Source of the DNA: Octopus vulgaris
Taxonomy: Eukaryota
DNA length: 64,000 nucleotides
Direction of reading: 5' to 3'
Assembly: GCA_951406725.2 (NCBI GenBank)
Contig: OX597817.1
Span: 175,150,001 to 175,214,000 of the forward strand
A program made the translations under genes and the position numbers. Positions within the stretch are counted from its first letter, which is position 1. The number at the start of each line of letters is the position of its first letter. Below are positions 1-16,335 of this stretch, in pieces. The notes beneath the pieces are model-generated. The model saw nothing but the letters and a program-made list of their open reading frames with translations, was not told where the DNA came from and ran no database searches.

Positions 1-179
1 GTATATAATTGTTTATTAAGCAAGCAAATGTGAATTGCCACGGTGTACATTTTGAATGCAATTTCAAATAATTTTGTTCACTTAAACAAGTTGTGTGAGA
101 CGTTGAACATCCTTGAAAGTCAAGAACTGCTGTCAACTGTAACCACTTTTCCAGAATGTAACTCTTCAAAATTGTTTAA

Positions 180-404
180 CCCTTTTGTTACCATATTACT
201 GTCAAAATATACTGTCTTTGCTGAAGTTAATTTTGAAAATAATACAATAACAGAATTTTGTAAAATTACTTTGTCATTATTATGCTGATGTTTGCAACAT
301 AAACTGACATGAAAATTTAATGGAAAGTTTTTAATTTATCACATCAAAAGCATTAAGTTTTTATCAGGCAAAGTGCGGTCCCTGGCAGGTTGGTAACAAA
401 AGGG
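180..404. mobile_element. piggyBac-type MITE
   Basis: TIRs CCCTTTTGTTACC (180) / GGTAACAAAAGGG (ends 404), flanked by TTAA and TTAC. CCC termini with a TTAA target are typical of piggyBac. Confidence 0.65.
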
Positions 405-944
405 TTACCAAGAGAAAAGTTTATATCTAATTTTCATTTTCTATCTTGTATATTGAAGTAGATGCATATTCATTCACATATAGACTCATTGGAATAAAAA
501 AAATTAATTGTCTTGATTTAAGAAAAAAGCATCCCCCCCCCCAAAAAAAAAACCCAACAAAACCTCCAAAAGTGGGGTGAATGAGATCATTAGCTAGATA
601 TCTTAGTTGATTATTATTTTGTAGTAAGTTACTGATACCAATTGATTGGTATTGTACATGGAGCATTTTGGAGAAATCATAGATAGAAGCCTAAACATGC
701 TATCTAATAAAATATTGTGGATGGCCTTTGATTGGGTATAGTACTTTTTCTTTTTTAATTGCTTGCTCTGCATTCTAGGTCACCATTCATTAGCATGTAA
801 TTTTGTTCCTCTTCAGTAGTGACTGATGTAATTCCATGCAGTTAGCAGACGATCTCTTGCTGACATCAAAGCAATGCTTTTTTGTTTTATATTTTTTTTT
901 ATCACAAAATCAAAAGTTTCATGTTGATCTTCATTACGATTATT

Positions 945-1073
945 ATGATGATCATCATCATTATGATCTTTATGATCAGCATGATTATTGACTATTATCA
1001 GCATCACCATCACATCGTCGTCATCATCATCATGACCATTACCATCATTGTCAACATTGCTGTCATCATCATC

Positions 1074-1105
<32 letters not shown>

Positions 1106-1120
1106 CATCGTCATCTTATC
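945..1120. repeat. (CAT/ATC)n degenerate trinucleotide microsatellite
   Basis: Runs of catcatcat; explains the poly-Ile/His ORFs. Confidence 0.9.
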
Positions 1121-1710
1121 ATCAATGCCACAAATCCACCTAAATTTCAATGCACAAAGTTATATTTTTCTATATTTTTGTCCTGTTATTCTTAGTAGTT
1201 ATTCACCTTAGTTTATCAAAAATTTCTCTCGGAAAAGTAAAAAATAGCATTTGCTTTCCCCAGCAAACTAAGTAGTGTTTGCTTATTTTATATGTATTTC
1301 TAAAAGAGAAGTGTCCATGTACATGTGTGTGTGTACGTATGCATACAATCACATATGTATGTGTCCTCAATCAAGTTGTACTGTATATCATGCTGCATGA
1401 AGGCTTTTGTAGACTCATGCATTGAAAGGCAGTCATTTGTAACCTCTAGTAATTTCTCTTTTTTTTTTAACTGTTTCAGAGTTTCTGTTGATCTAAGTGT
1501 CATTAGTTTATGCCCTTGAGTAAACCATTTTTGCACCTTGTGATCTTGCTAAGTGGCATGGGAATATTTTTTGAATTATAGAAAAGAGCACACAGTATGA
1601 TATAGAATTCCATTTTATATAATATTAAGTGCTACAGGGGATATGAAAATTCCTGAAAAAAGTGGATAGAGATTCTAACTGTTTGTTTTAGACAACTTGT
1701 AAGATCCTCC

Positions 1711-1715
<5 letters not shown>

Positions 1716-1782
<67 letters not shown>

Positions 1783-1801
1783 ATATATATATGTATGTAT
1801 G

Positions 1802-1861
<60 letters not shown>

Positions 1862-1936
1862 GTATATATATGTATATATATATGTATATATATGTATATA
1901 TATATGTATATATATGTATATATATATATATGTATG

Positions 1937-1996
<60 letters not shown>

Positions 1997-2007
1997 CATA
2001 TATATAC
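1716..2007. repeat. (CT)n + (TA)n/(TATG) compound microsatellite
   Basis: Directly visible. Confidence 0.95.
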
Positions 2008-3740
2008 ATACTTTGATACTTTGATAGGTTTCGGCCATTATTGGCCCAGGCCATGTCTAACTTAATAGCACTACCTGGTGAAGTCTTTCAAGTCAGAATT
2101 TGGGCACTATGGCCCACTCAAGTAGAGAGTTATTGTTTACAGAGACATATCCGGGTGTAGGGGGTTTATCCAGGATTTCTTGAAGGAATCTGTCCAAAGA
2201 CTTCTTGAACCCTATAGGGTCAGTTTCTATTTTAATGTGTTTTGGTGTAATGTTAAAGAGAGCGGGGCCAATTGAGGTGAAATAATTGTGCCATATTGTT
2301 GTTATGAGATGAGAGTGCGATTTTTGTTTTGGGCGGATGGCACGGGGCCCAAGCCTTGGATGTACCTTAAAGGTGATGCCAACATCATTTGGGCAATGCT
2401 GATGGAATATTTTCCACATCATGCAGATGATGTAGCGCTCACAACGACGTTGGAGAGAATAAAGTTTTAGCTTTTCTAGTCGACCCCAATAGTTGAGGCC
2501 TGTCATGCCATCTATCTTTCTTGTGATTGCCCTTTGAGGTGCTTCAACTTTTATGATACTTTGTATTGTGTGGGAAGACCACAGTGGACAACAGTATTCA
2601 AGGTGGGGTCGGGCAAAAGTGGAAAAGAGAAGGATAATGGTGTGGATATCTCTCAACTGGAAAGTTCTGAGAATCCAGGAACACATTCTGCGGACCATGT
2701 CAACTTTGGTGTTTATATGAGTGGCCCAGCTTATGTTGTTGTCCACAATTACTCCCAAGTCTCTGATGTTGTTGGACGCCGCGAGAGTTTCACCTGCCCA
2801 TTGGATAACAGCCAGTAGATCTGACTGAAGGCATGTCCGGTCACTCGCCTCATTTATGACCTTCTGTAGCTTGGAATCATCTGCAAAAATTTTTATGTTG
2901 CTGTGCTTGATGATGTCATTGATGTCATTAATGTAGATGATGAAAAGAAGTGGGCCCAGCACAGTGCCTTGCGGAACGCCACTACTGACTTTGGCTGGGC
3001 TTGATTTTACCCCTTCAACTACAACATGTTGAGATCTGTCTGTCAGGAAACACTTGATCCATTTCAGTAACTTTCCAGAGACACCAATGTTGGATAGTTT
3101 TTTCAATAGGATCTTGTGATCGACCCTGTCGAAGGCCTTACTGAAATCAAGGTAGATGACATTGGTGTTGGAGCCCTCTCCCAAAGCTCTCAAAATGTCA
3201 TCAAAGTGATGCAGGAGCTGCGTTAGGCAGTCCCTTCCATTACGGAACCCATGTTGGTTAGAGATCAGCCGTCTGTTGCTTTCCAGAAATTGGGTTATTC
3301 GAGATCTCACCACCCTCTCAAATACCTTGATGATATGAGAGGTGAGTGAGATCGGACGGTAGTTCACTGCAAGGGACTTGTTTCCCTTTTTGAAAACTGG
3401 GACAACAGACTGGGACAGAAGGTTTTTGGAATATAGCCAGCATCCAGTGAGTTTCTCCACAGATTAGCAAGGGGAGATGCGAGTTGGTGTCGACATATCT
3501 TCAGGACACAAGCAGGGAACCTATCGGGGCCTACTGCTGAATTGTGTTTTATTTCGTTTATCGCCGCTAAGACATCAGGGGCACTAAACATTATGTCCGA
3601 TATAGTGTGTTGGGGGTTGACATCACTGATACAGCCCAGATCGGCCATATCAGGATTGCTGAAAACAGAGCAGTATTGTTTCTGCAGTATCTCGGCCATG
3701 GATTTGGCATTATCTTGGCAAAGGAAAGACAGAAGTTGGA
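2008..3740 (-). mobile_element. 5'-truncated CR1-clade LINE, ORF2 reverse transcriptase (frameshift near 3420, apparent internal deletion near 2795)
   Basis: ORF 2093..3460 has NYRPISLTS, QHGFR, YLDFSKAFDRVDH, SSGVPQGTVLGPLLFIIYIND and FADD, plus a CR1-like C-terminus (RPHLEYC, LYSLQRR). The upstream frame 3364..3798 continues it (GPDRFP..LK). Short 3'UTR with a GGCCA-ATAA-TGGCC hairpin and an (AAAGTATC)n 8-mer tail. Confidence 0.92.
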
Positions 3741-3951
3741 ATATATATATATATATATTTACATATGTATACATATATATATATTCATATGTATGCATGT
3801 ATGTGTCTATATCTATCTATCTATATCTATATATATATATATATATTCATGTATATTCATGTATATATATATATATATATATATACTTACACATACACAC
3901 ATGAGTATTTGTGTGTGTGTGTGTGTATGTATATGTGTGTGTGTGTGTGTG

Positions 3952-3987
<36 letters not shown>
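3741..3987. repeat. (TA)n/(TG)n compound microsatellite
   Basis: Directly visible. Confidence 0.95.
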
Positions 3988-4560
3988 CTGGTTGCAGTGA
4001 ATAAACTGTCGTCTAAATTATAAAAAATAACACTGACATCTCATTTTAACAAATATATTTACCAAAATTGCATAAAAGGAGCAAATTTATTCAATAAAAT
4101 CGCCATTGGCTTCAACCACCGCCTCCAGACGAAATTAGAATCTCTTGCAACTCTCCTGGACAGTCTCCTTGTTTAAGTTGGTGAAGTTAGTGAATGCTGA
4201 GATAATCCTTGCGTTCAGTTCATCTTTGGTATTCAAGGAGTTTTGTTGGTCTCTCACTCAACTGTGCCCTACACATAATAATCAAAGGGGTTGCAGTTTA
4301 GGGAGTTAGATGGCCAGATGTTAGGGGTGATGTGGTCACATAAATTGTCTGATGACTATGATTGGGTTCTTCTGCTTGTGTGGCATGGTGCAGAGTCTTG
4401 TTGCCAGACATAGGGTCTCCCAGCAGCCACTCTCTTGACCCAGGGCAACACTACCTCCCCCGGGCACTTGATGTAGGCCGTGTGGGAAGATGAATGTAGG
4501 TGATCACTCCAAACACCATGATGTTGACTCTCGATACATGTCCTACATGAGTAGCCCCCA
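3988..4560 (-). mobile_element. Tc1/mariner-superfamily transposase relic
   Basis: Minus-strand RPYVWQQDSAPCHTSRRTQS (QQD.AP.H motif), then a decayed WP.NS...NP.DY motif around 4275-4320. Same family as 60790-61495. Confidence 0.75.
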
Positions 4561-5071
4561 TAATCTTTTTCAGAGCCCCAATAACTGATGGAAACAAGGG
4601 GAGAAGTTATTCTCAGGTTGTGGACCTGGCCAGAATGTTTGCAACAGATACCCAAGAGCCAAAAATCTAGGTGATGGATTATTAGGTCCAGACCCAATAA
4701 CAAGAATAATGGGCCTGCCAGTAGACTTCCTCACAATTTCTATCTGCCAAATGTTACTCATAAATTGTGAGTTGATGTCAGGCTATGATAAAAGACATTT
4801 TCTGATAGTTATATAATTGGAGTAGACCTATATCACTTGTATAGATCTGTTTGTGTCTGTGGTTTATAGAGTTTGAGTAGATTAAGTTTTCCTTTAGTTA
4901 GGATTTTAGTGCCAGAACAGCTGGTACTTACTTCTGGCAGCTAAATCAATTGAGATATTTAGAATTAAGTATATAGCTAAAATATACTGTGAAGTACATC
5001 AACTAATGAATTGGTAGTCCAATACTTTATCTACTTGGTGTTTTCACTTCTATATCATATACCATTGATAT

Positions 5072-5387
5072 CATTCGTTTTCGTCACCCTTTTCAAACCT
5101 AGCCAGGCTCATGGGCCCGGTTTCCCGGTTTCTGTGGCGTATGTGTTCCTCCCCAGCTGGACAGGATGCCAGTTCATCGCAGCGTTATTCAAGAAACAGG
5201 AAGAGAGAGTGAGGGCAAGTTATGGTGAAAGAGTACAACAGGGGTTGCCACTACCCCCTGCTGGAGCCTCGTGGAGCTTTTATGTGTTTTCACTCAATAA
5301 ACATACACAATGCCCGGTCTGGAAATCGAGACTACGATCCACTGACCATGAGTTTGCTGCCCTAACCACTGGGCCATTGCGCTGCCA
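5072..5387 (-). mobile_element. tRNA-derived SINE with V-SINE-like central domain
   Basis: Minus strand starts GTGGCAGCGCAATGGCCCAGTGGTTAGGGCAG (A-box-like). The internal CTGCGATGAACTGGCATCCTGTCCAG resembles the V-domain as I recall it. Confidence 0.65.
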
Positions 5388-6718
5388 CACCATTGATATC
5401 ATAGAGTAGTTAATTTTTTTTTATTTCAATTTTTTAGTTTAGCTCATCATTAATCTTTAGCTGGTTCACAAGTTTCTAAAACCTGTAAAAAGACTGCATG
5501 AATATAGAATTCAGGTTTACTGGGAAGGCCAATTATTCTCATGCATCTTTGTTTCTAAACAAGCTCTTGGGGTTTCATCCCTTTTTTAAAAGCAAATAAT
5601 ACAATTACCACCAGCAAATGAAATTGGTTTGCCTGTAATATTTGGATGATGAAATTCTTGTTTGATTCCCAGTGCCTTGAATTTTGTGTAAGTTGCTCAC
5701 AATGCCATGCGCATGGCACTCTGTTACTATCACCTTCCTCTTTAACTTCTCATTTCAAAATAAGAAGTACATATGCAGAAAATATTTATTACCTAATGAA
5801 CACTCATTGCAACTAATTAAAACCAAAGTCAAAAATCTCCACTAGACTGTATTTCTTATTTCATGTGCTTTTTTAAAATGTTTCTCTTAAGATTTTTCTA
5901 TTTCAGTATCATTTAAAAAAATTTTTTGCAGCAATTAGAAGTTTGCACAATTAAGGTTGATGGATGTCTGTCAATCTGTCAATTAAATTTCATGTGGTAT
6001 CTGGTTTGGGTCCAATTTGAGGTGCCTTTAATGAGCAATGCCCCAAGTTGGTGACTTCAAAACAGAAGCCTTATCTTGTCTGTGAATCAATTTTTTGTAG
6101 GGTTTTTTTTTTCCTTATGTTTATGATTTTGGTCCCACACTCAAAAACTTATCTTTTATTTGACTAAAATTAAACTTAAGGAGCACTACCAGTCAGTAGT
6201 GTCAAATATCTTTTTCTGTATATCAGTACATACACACATTTGTGGTGCTTAACAAACCTGCATGAATATAATATATTTATGTATGTAGAAGCACCACAAG
6301 TGTATGTGTGTACATACGTACACACGTGCACACACACAAACACACACACATGTATATAGTATCTTATATAAAACTCCTGGTTCTCTGTAGATTTATTAAT
6401 TTATGAACATATGATGTAACCATTTGAGTTAGTTTGAGACCTGAAATAAGCTACTAAGAGGTGGAGGGTTAAGAATTGATGCATTGGTGCTAGTTCATGA
6501 CTGATTTGTCTTCACTTTCTTAAGTGTTTTACAAGAACTGCTAGCTAGTCCTAGCACTAAATGGTTGACTATCTCACTACCTCTACCTTTAGTCATCAAC
6601 AAATTACACAAGATTTATAGAAACATGCTACGTGATCCTAAAGTGTAATAAGTTATTTACCATATGTCTTGTATGAAATAACTTTTGTATTCAATTCTGT
6701 TTTAATTCTGTCTTATAG

Positions 6719-6817
6719 GCAAGAGCCATAGCACGGAAATGCTTAAATATTTCATGGAGAACTTTAAAATAAATTGGATTCAGTTTCGTCCAAATCAATT
6801 TGTGGTCTGGACATGTG
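6719..6817 (+). other. Candidate upstream exon (5'UTR or coding) of the tau-like gene
   Basis: Good pyrimidine tract and TAG acceptor at 6718. 99 nt, open in phase 1, with ATG at 6739 (MLKYFMENFKINWIQFRPNQFVVWTC). Joins in frame to exon 21794, but the donor GTTGGC is weak. Confidence 0.25.
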
Positions 6818-7024
6818 GTTGGCCGCATGCATGTTTCTATGTACTTGTATTAACTATTTGCAACTTAGCTTTGCATTGCTCAAAAGTTCATAGGCATAAA
6901 GCATTTTTTGTGAAACTGAGTAATGCTGATATAAGTCAAATGCAATTAATAAGAAAACTTAACCTCCATCACATATGTTCAGTACTCTTTCCTTTATTTT
7001 ATACATCTGTGCATGTGTGTGTAG

Positions 7025-7285
7025 GGTGAAGATGCTTGGTTTAGTGGTTAGTGTGTTGTGTCCTTGAGCAAGGCACTTTATTTCACATCGCTCCAGTTTA
7101 CTCAGCTGGCAAAAATGTGTCATATCTCTCTTTCAAAGGGACAGCCTTGTCATCATCTGTGTATTTCTAAACTTCCCTGAGATTTATTCATGTTTGTGGA
7201 GTGCTCAGCCACTTGCATATTAATTTCATGAGCAAGCTGTTCTGTTGATTGGATCAACTGGAACCCTCATCATTATGACCAACAA
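7025..7285 (+). mobile_element. Degenerate tRNA-derived SINE
   Basis: TGGTTTAGTGGTTAG head and GTGTCCTTGAGCAAGGCACTTTATTTCACAT core; related copy on - near 43915-44212. Confidence 0.6.
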
Positions 7286-7297
7286 ATTTGCATATTA

Positions 7298-8092
<795 letters not shown>

Positions 8093-8159
8093 TCAGTCTA
8101 TTTGTCTGCATTTATACATAAGATATTTTCTTGTAATAAAAGGCAAGTAGACAATTAAG

Positions 8160-8510
8160 ATCATCATCATCATCATCATCATCGTGTAATGTCCGTTCTC
8201 CATGCTAGCATGGGTTGGACGGTTCGACTGGGGATCTGGGAAGCCAGAAGGCTGCACCAGGCTCCGGTCTTATCTGGCAATGTTTCTACAGCTGGATGCC
8301 CTTCCTAACGCCAACCACTCCGTGAGTGTAGTGGGTGCTTTTTACGTGCCACCTGCACTGGTGCCAGGCGAGGCTGGCATCGGCCACGGTCAGATTGGTG
8401 CATTTTACGTGCCACCTGCATGGAAGCCAGTCAAGGCGGCACTGGCTTCGGCCACGATTCGGATGGTGCTTTTTACGTGGCACCGACACGGAAGCCAGTC
8501 GAGGCGGCGC
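8160..8510 (-). mobile_element. SINE/retroposon family C with (GAT)n tail and an internal ~62-bp triplicated unit
   Basis: (CAT)n followed by CCATGCTAGCATGGG...CAGCTGGATGCCCTTCCTAACGCCAACC; GGTGC(T/A)TTTTACGTG occurs three times. Other copies near 32680-32975, 33860-34070, 34430-34660, 38920-39100 and 44960-45095. Confidence 0.75.
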
Positions 8511-9306
8511 TATATATATATATATATTAATTGCTTGTGAATGCTGTTTGATGAGAAATATTTTAGATTTTGATGAGAGCAGTTTTCTTCATTTTTATTC
8601 TTTGAATACAACACAAAACTATAATTTCTGTGGTTGATTTGATGTTCAGATTCATATATTGGTATTATTTCTTACTTTTATATGCATTGAATTATGTAAT
8701 CTATGGCTTGATGTAGCAACACGATACATATTTGTGTACATATCTGTATGTGTGTACACACATATATATATATACACACACACACACGTATGTATATATG
8801 CACACACATATACATATATACATGCATTCATACATATGCAGGCACACGCATAAAGTACTATCATTATCTAAAACTCATTATGAGAACTTTTACTGCTGTC
8901 ACTGAGAAAATTCACTTATGTGTAAATTAGTGTGATATAATGTATATAGATATGTATATACAGTGAAAATTGCCTATAATACATGTTCAAATATCAAATA
9001 TGATGTGTTATTATTATCACTACCATGATTGATATCTCCTTATCATCATTCACAACTTCATTTTTCCTGTTTTTATTTCATGTATACTGTATAAACCATT
9101 CCTCATTTAAGTAGATTCAGTTACTTGTAGACACTGTTACAGAATACTTATAATCACTGACTTAGGAAGTATATATATAATCAACTGCACATTGAGCATT
9201 TGTGGTCGATAATGTTTACAACACTTCTACTGCTTTTAATTTGTAATTATATAAAGAAATTAATATATATGTATATATATATATATATATATATTTATTT
9301 ATATAT

Positions 9307-9351
<45 letters not shown>

Positions 9352-10014
9352 AAAGAACATTAATACTCATGAGAGATCTTAATGTTAATGGCTGCATGCT
9401 AAAGCCGTATAGGCAAATTAATTAGATATATTTAAAAACATTATATATAATATGGGCGCTTCTTTTAAATGACACCAGCTTTGCTGAACATAGGAGTTAA
9501 AACACTCCGAAGCCACAAAAATTAACACTATACTTACACGGGCATGATTGGAAAAAAATTTTTAAGTGAATTAGGGAATTGCCTCTTACCTCTGCAAAAA
9601 TGCAAGAAGGAATGCCAGTTAACTTTATAACATGATTTTGAATTTCACACCAAAAGACATGCTCAATTCTCTTTAGCCAAGTCCACCATAAAACAAACAC
9701 TTAATTATCACTACAGCCAATGCCTGAGTTAATATATATATATCAAACAGTCAGAACGAGTGGTCAGTACCGCATTTGGTGGATAAATATTCTTTATTTT
9801 GTGCATTAACAATGCTACCAATATTTTCACGTGTAAAAAATTTTTAGTACCCATTCAAAATGGACATGATTACCAATATCCTATATTAAAATGCTTGAAC
9901 AATTGTGAAATTGTTTTAGACATGAAACCATTGGTAGCATTATTCTCCAAATAAAGTATACATACATACATATGTGTGTTTGTATGTGTGTACATATAGA
10001 TATGTGTGTGTGTG

Positions 10015-10219
10015 TGTGACAATTATTCGGTTGCCATAATAAAACTCCGAGTTTCGGATGTTGGGACAGAAATCTGCTCTGGCATCTTGTCCCTTATCAA
10101 GACAAAACAAAAATTCTATTAAAATGTTTTGTCTTAATAACTGATGAGATGACAGAGCAGATTTCCGCCCCAACATCCGAAACTCGGAGTTTTATTATGG
10201 CAACCAAATAATTGTCACA
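10015..10219. mobile_element. Foldback element (~95-bp arms), probably a Penelope-like terminal repeat
   Basis: TGTGACAATTATTCGGTTGCCATAATAAAACTCCGAGTTTCGGATGTTGGG... is reverse-complemented up to 10219; the right arm contains a hammerhead motif. Confidence 0.8.
10135..10197 (+). ncRNA. Minimal type I hammerhead ribozyme motif, canonical core
   Basis: UAAUAA-CUGAUGA-GAUG[22 nt]CAUC-C-GAAA-CUCGGAG-UU-UUAUUA: stem I 6 bp, stem II 4 bp, stem III ACUC/GAGU, cleavage triplet GUU. Confidence 0.75.
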
Positions 10220-10343
10220 TTATTTTACAGACAAATTCCTCTGTTTACATAATAATGAGGTCTCATTCATTCTTTTGTTGTCATACTATTTCTATCAATA
10301 TATATATATTTATACACACACACGCACACACTTGCATACATAT

Positions 10344-10863
10344 AAACTTAAACTTAGATAAACTTAGATGTGTTTCGACCAAAGATTGGCCCAGGCCATG
10401 TCTAACTTAATAGCACCACCTGATAGGATTATTTGAATCCTGTTTAAGTCAAGTTTTGTTTATGGTCCATTCAAGTAGTGAGTTTTTGTTGGGTGAGTTG
10501 TATCCAATTATGGGTGGCTTATCTGGTATTCTTCAAAGGAATCTATCCAGACTCCGTTTAAAGTTGATGGGATCCTGTTCCTCTTTGATCTCTTTCAGGA
10601 CAATGTTAAATAGGGCAGGGCCTGTTGAGGAAAAGAAATTATGTTGTAAAGTATATGTATGCTGTGATCTTGAATTGGGCAGGGGACGTATAGCCCGTGG
10701 TCCCAGTCTTGGATGAACCTTGAAGCTTATGTTCAGGTCGTTTGGGCAAAGTTGGTGGTATATTCTCCACATCGTACAAATGATGTACCGCTCACGGCGA
10801 CGCTGGAGAGAGTAGAGTTTCAAGGCTTTAAGGCGATCCCAATAATCGAGAGCAGCCATGCCA
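10344..10863 (-). mobile_element. CR1 LINE 3' fragment, diverged subfamily with (ATCTAAGTTT)n tail
   Basis: ORF 10533..10877 (LKLYSLQRRRERY...HPRLGPRA) is homologous to the C-terminus of 2093..3460; shares the GTGCTATTAAGTTAGACATGGCCTGGGCCAAT 3' motif. Confidence 0.88.
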
Positions 10864-10958
10864 AAGGAAGTATTCACTTATTTTCAATTACAAATGGTTA
10901 CACTGAAAGTGTAACTGAAATATGTGTGTGTGTATATATATATATATATGTATGTATA

Positions 10959-11044
<86 letters not shown>

Positions 11045-11046
11045 CT

Positions 11047-12722
<1,676 letters not shown>

Positions 12723-12862
12723 CATATATATATATACATACATATATATATATATACATATATATATATACATACATATATATATATCATATATCATTAT
12801 CGTCATCATCATTATCATTGTTTTGACACACACACACACACACACATCTGCTTATATCTCTC

Positions 12863-12920
<58 letters not shown>

Positions 12921-12936
12921 TAAGTGTATATATATG

Positions 12937-12969
<33 letters not shown>

Positions 12970-13565
12970 TAGCCACCTATTCTTTTCATTATGCATATAT
13001 AACTATATCATCTTGTTTTTAATGAGGCTGCTTGTGCCTGTGTGTGTGTTTAAATTGTAACCATAAACTTTCAGTTGTCGAATATATTTATAAGAAAATC
13101 CCAGTCACCTGAACATAGTTAATAGGCCACAGAAATGCAATTATTACTCTCAGAATGTATGCACCATTAATGAAAAGGTTCCTGGAGAGTTGTCACATCA
13201 AATAGTAACACAAATGATATTGTTTATTGAGCACGATGGTAAACTAATTCAGGAGCCCTCTTCTTCACCTTAATTATACATACTGAATATTGCAAAGAAG
13301 AATAGATCCAAGATATGCTGCACATTTATGATTCTTGAATTATTGTAATAAACCTGATACCCCCAAGTAGAAACATTTATATAAACCTTTTATGTACATG
13401 CAAGTAAATGCTTTTGGGCGGGGGGGGGGGTCTTTGCAACATGACAATGTTATTGATCTTGAAAATTCATACTAAATTATTAATTTAATGCACATAATCA
13501 ATTTCTTCTACCTTCACTGGTGAAGGCATCTTCTAAAAATGTGACAATGTGAGACCCCAATTATA

Positions 13566-13609
<44 letters not shown>

Positions 13610-14641
13610 TATATATTTAATATCCTTTCCATTTTATTTTTAATTTTCATTCATTATCTTCTGTTTTCTCTAATAATACTACATTACGTTAATTAATTTA
13701 CTAATACAATTACAGAGACATCATTATGTTAAATTAGTAAATATGTGGAGAGAAACTACATATGTAAATATATTATTATAGAAATAGACACAGAAAATTC
13801 CTATTAAATATAAATTTCTTTCAGATCGGCTTTTAAATTTTTTCTGGTTTGTGTTTTTCCTTTCAACATTGAATGTGCACTTCAGAGGAAAATAAGTAAT
13901 TTAGAGTGACCTCCCTTAATTTATAAATATAGTCTGCAGCTGAAAGTTTGAAGCTGTAATTGGCACGTAAATATACATATGTAAAGATGCCAAAAGAATT
14001 AGATTGATTCATTTATACCCATATATGCACACAAACATGTGTGTAAGTATATTCAAACATACATACACACAAATATTAAATACAAGCATGAAACGATTCA
14101 GACAAATGTACACAAATATGAACTTGTATGCATAGATGTTTGGATACATGTGCAAAACCAAACATCAAGAAAGTATAAACAGAAATATCTCAAATGGTGG
14201 AAATACTTGACTCATAATTGAAACAGAACAAGAGAAAGGTATATATTTCCATTTCTGTTTTAACAATCTACAAGAAAAGGCAGATTAAGAAGAATTACCT
14301 GAAGAGCCATCAAAAGAAGAAACTATTAGTTGTGATGTTAAGTAATGAAGATTCCACACATATTTTTATACCAATAAATATATGCTTTGTACAAATGTGT
14401 TTTTATATAAATATATGTTTATATCTGTATATGTGAACATGCATTCTGACTGAGTGGCATTTATATTGAATATAAGTGCACAGATATATACTTATGCTTT
14501 TTAACGCTCACAGTATAAATAAACTTGCATACATTTGAACAAATTCATATATAGGTAGACATGAATCTTTTCAAATGAATATATATACATATTTGCATTA
14601 TACACACACACACACACGCACATCTACATATATACATTATA

Positions 14642-14876
14642 TACCGGAGTAAGCACATAAATATGAAACAAGGTGGAAAAAAGAGTACTCAAATACCAGA
14701 GGTAGAGTAATATGCTTTATTTAAAAGCAGCAGAAATATAACAAAAGCTGTTACTCGGAGCTTCACATTCCCGTTTGTCGGACAGTTTTAACTGTTAAAA
14801 CTGTCCGACGAATGGGAACCTGAAACTCTGAGTAACAGCTTTTGTTATATTTCTACTGCTTTTAAATAAAGTATAT
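14642..14876. mobile_element. Foldback element (palindrome 14710-14876 centred on 14793) with a one-sided extension, probably Penelope-like
   Basis: ATATGCTTTATTTAAAAGCAG...GACAGTTTTAAC-T-GTTAAAACTGTC...CTGCTTTTAAATAAAGTATAT. Confidence 0.8.
14801..14838 (+). ncRNA. Hammerhead-like motif, U4C core variant, decayed stem II
   Basis: CUGU-CCGACGA-AUGGGAACCU-GAAA-CUCUGAG-UA-ACAG. The consensus of the two arms gives stem II ACG-GGAA-CGU. Confidence 0.55.
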
Positions 14877-15617
14877 ACATTATATATTCACATACACACT
14901 CATATACACATACACATACATGGGTGCATGTCAGTTTATGTGTAACATTGTACAAAAAAGATGTATGTTATTTGGCTTGTTACACCTGTAGGCACTCTTG
15001 TATGTTCATAGCTTTAAATATATTCCTATTCAGTATGTATCCATATATGGCTACATCAAAATGCATGTTCACAAATGCAGATATACAAATATGTTAATAT
15101 GCATAATGTTTAGACACAAGTACTTATGTGTATGAGTATGTGTAACCTATTTCACTCCTCAGGGATGCATTATGTTATCTTCAAATACATTAATGGCCAA
15201 GATTCTGTTCCTAACCATGAACGTCATCTTACTACTCTCAAGCTTAGCTCTATCTTCTCTTATTTTCCTGTCACTTCCCTTTCTGCCTTCTGTCTTCTGT
15301 CTTCCTTCAAACTTTGTACTTTTTCTTTTCTCCTTTTTCCCTTTCTTTCTTATTTCCCTTTGAAACTACTTCAACTCCGACATCAATTTTTTTAACACAG
15401 TTTCAAGAAGATCATGTGTGTGTATCTGTGTGTGTGTGTGTGTGTAGGTTTTGTGCTGCAAACAATAAAATAGAATGCTAAACATGAGCATACATATATA
15501 TTTTATTAATTGATAAGTGCCAATGCATGAAATTCTTGGCACTTGATTCATTCTGTAATTTCTGCCAATTATCATTATCAATAATAATAATGATAACAAT
15601 AATAATTATTTTCTACT

Positions 15618-15840
15618 CTAAGCACAAGGCCCGAAATTTTTGGGAAGGGCGCCAGTTGATGAGATTGACCCCAGTGTGTAACTGGTACTTAATTTATTGA
15701 CCCCGAAAGGATGAAAGGCAAAGTCGACCTTAGTGGAATTTGAACTCAAGCACGTAAAGACAGACAAAATACTGCTAAGCATTTTGCCCCGCGTGCTAAC
15801 ATATCTGCCAGCTTTCCACCTAATAATGATGATGATGATG

Positions 15841-15875
<35 letters not shown>

Positions 15876-16335
15876 TAGGCGAGCTGGCAGAATTGTTGGC
15901 ACGCTAGACAAAATGCTTAGTGTATTTTGCCTGTCACTACATTCTGAGTTCAAATTCCGTTGAGGTTGACTTTGCACTTCATCCTTTCATGGTTGATAAA
16001 TTAAGTACCAGTTGCGCATTGGGGTTGATCTAATCGACTGCCCCTCCCCCCTTCACCCCAAAATTTCAGGCCTTGTGTCTATAGTACAAAGGATTATTAT
16101 TATTATTATCAACATTATTTAAGGCAGTGAGCTGGCAGAATCGTTTGCATGCCAGGCAAAATACTTAGTGGCATTCCGTCCATCTTCTTCTGAGTTCAAA
16201 TTCTGTTGCAGCCGACTTTGCCGTTCGTCCTTTCAGGGTTGATAAAATATGTACCAGTTGAGTACTTGGGTTGATGTAATCAACTTAGTCCCTCCCCAAA
16301 AATTTCAGGCCTTGTGCATTCAGCAGAAAGGATTA
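15618..16335. mobile_element. Cluster of three SINE family B copies (- 15618-15820; + 15878-16095; + 16122-16335)
   Basis: GGCGAGCTGGCAGAA head, GAGTTCAAATTC B-box, TTTGCCTTTCATCCTTTCGGGGTC(G/A)ATAAATTAAGTACCAG core and (ATT)n tail. More copies near 16430, 26460, 37218, 38520, 40385, 41895 and 53905-54570. Confidence 0.85.

Noticed and set aside
4574-4672. Acceptor-like ttttcag followed by a short open stretch
   Set aside because: Stops in two frames and the remaining phase does not fit the gene; it abuts a transposon relic.
8330-8510. Short direct repeats with ~62-bp period, superficially CRISPR-like
   Set aside because: The intervening sequences are similar to each other and lie inside a eukaryotic retroposon; no cas genes.
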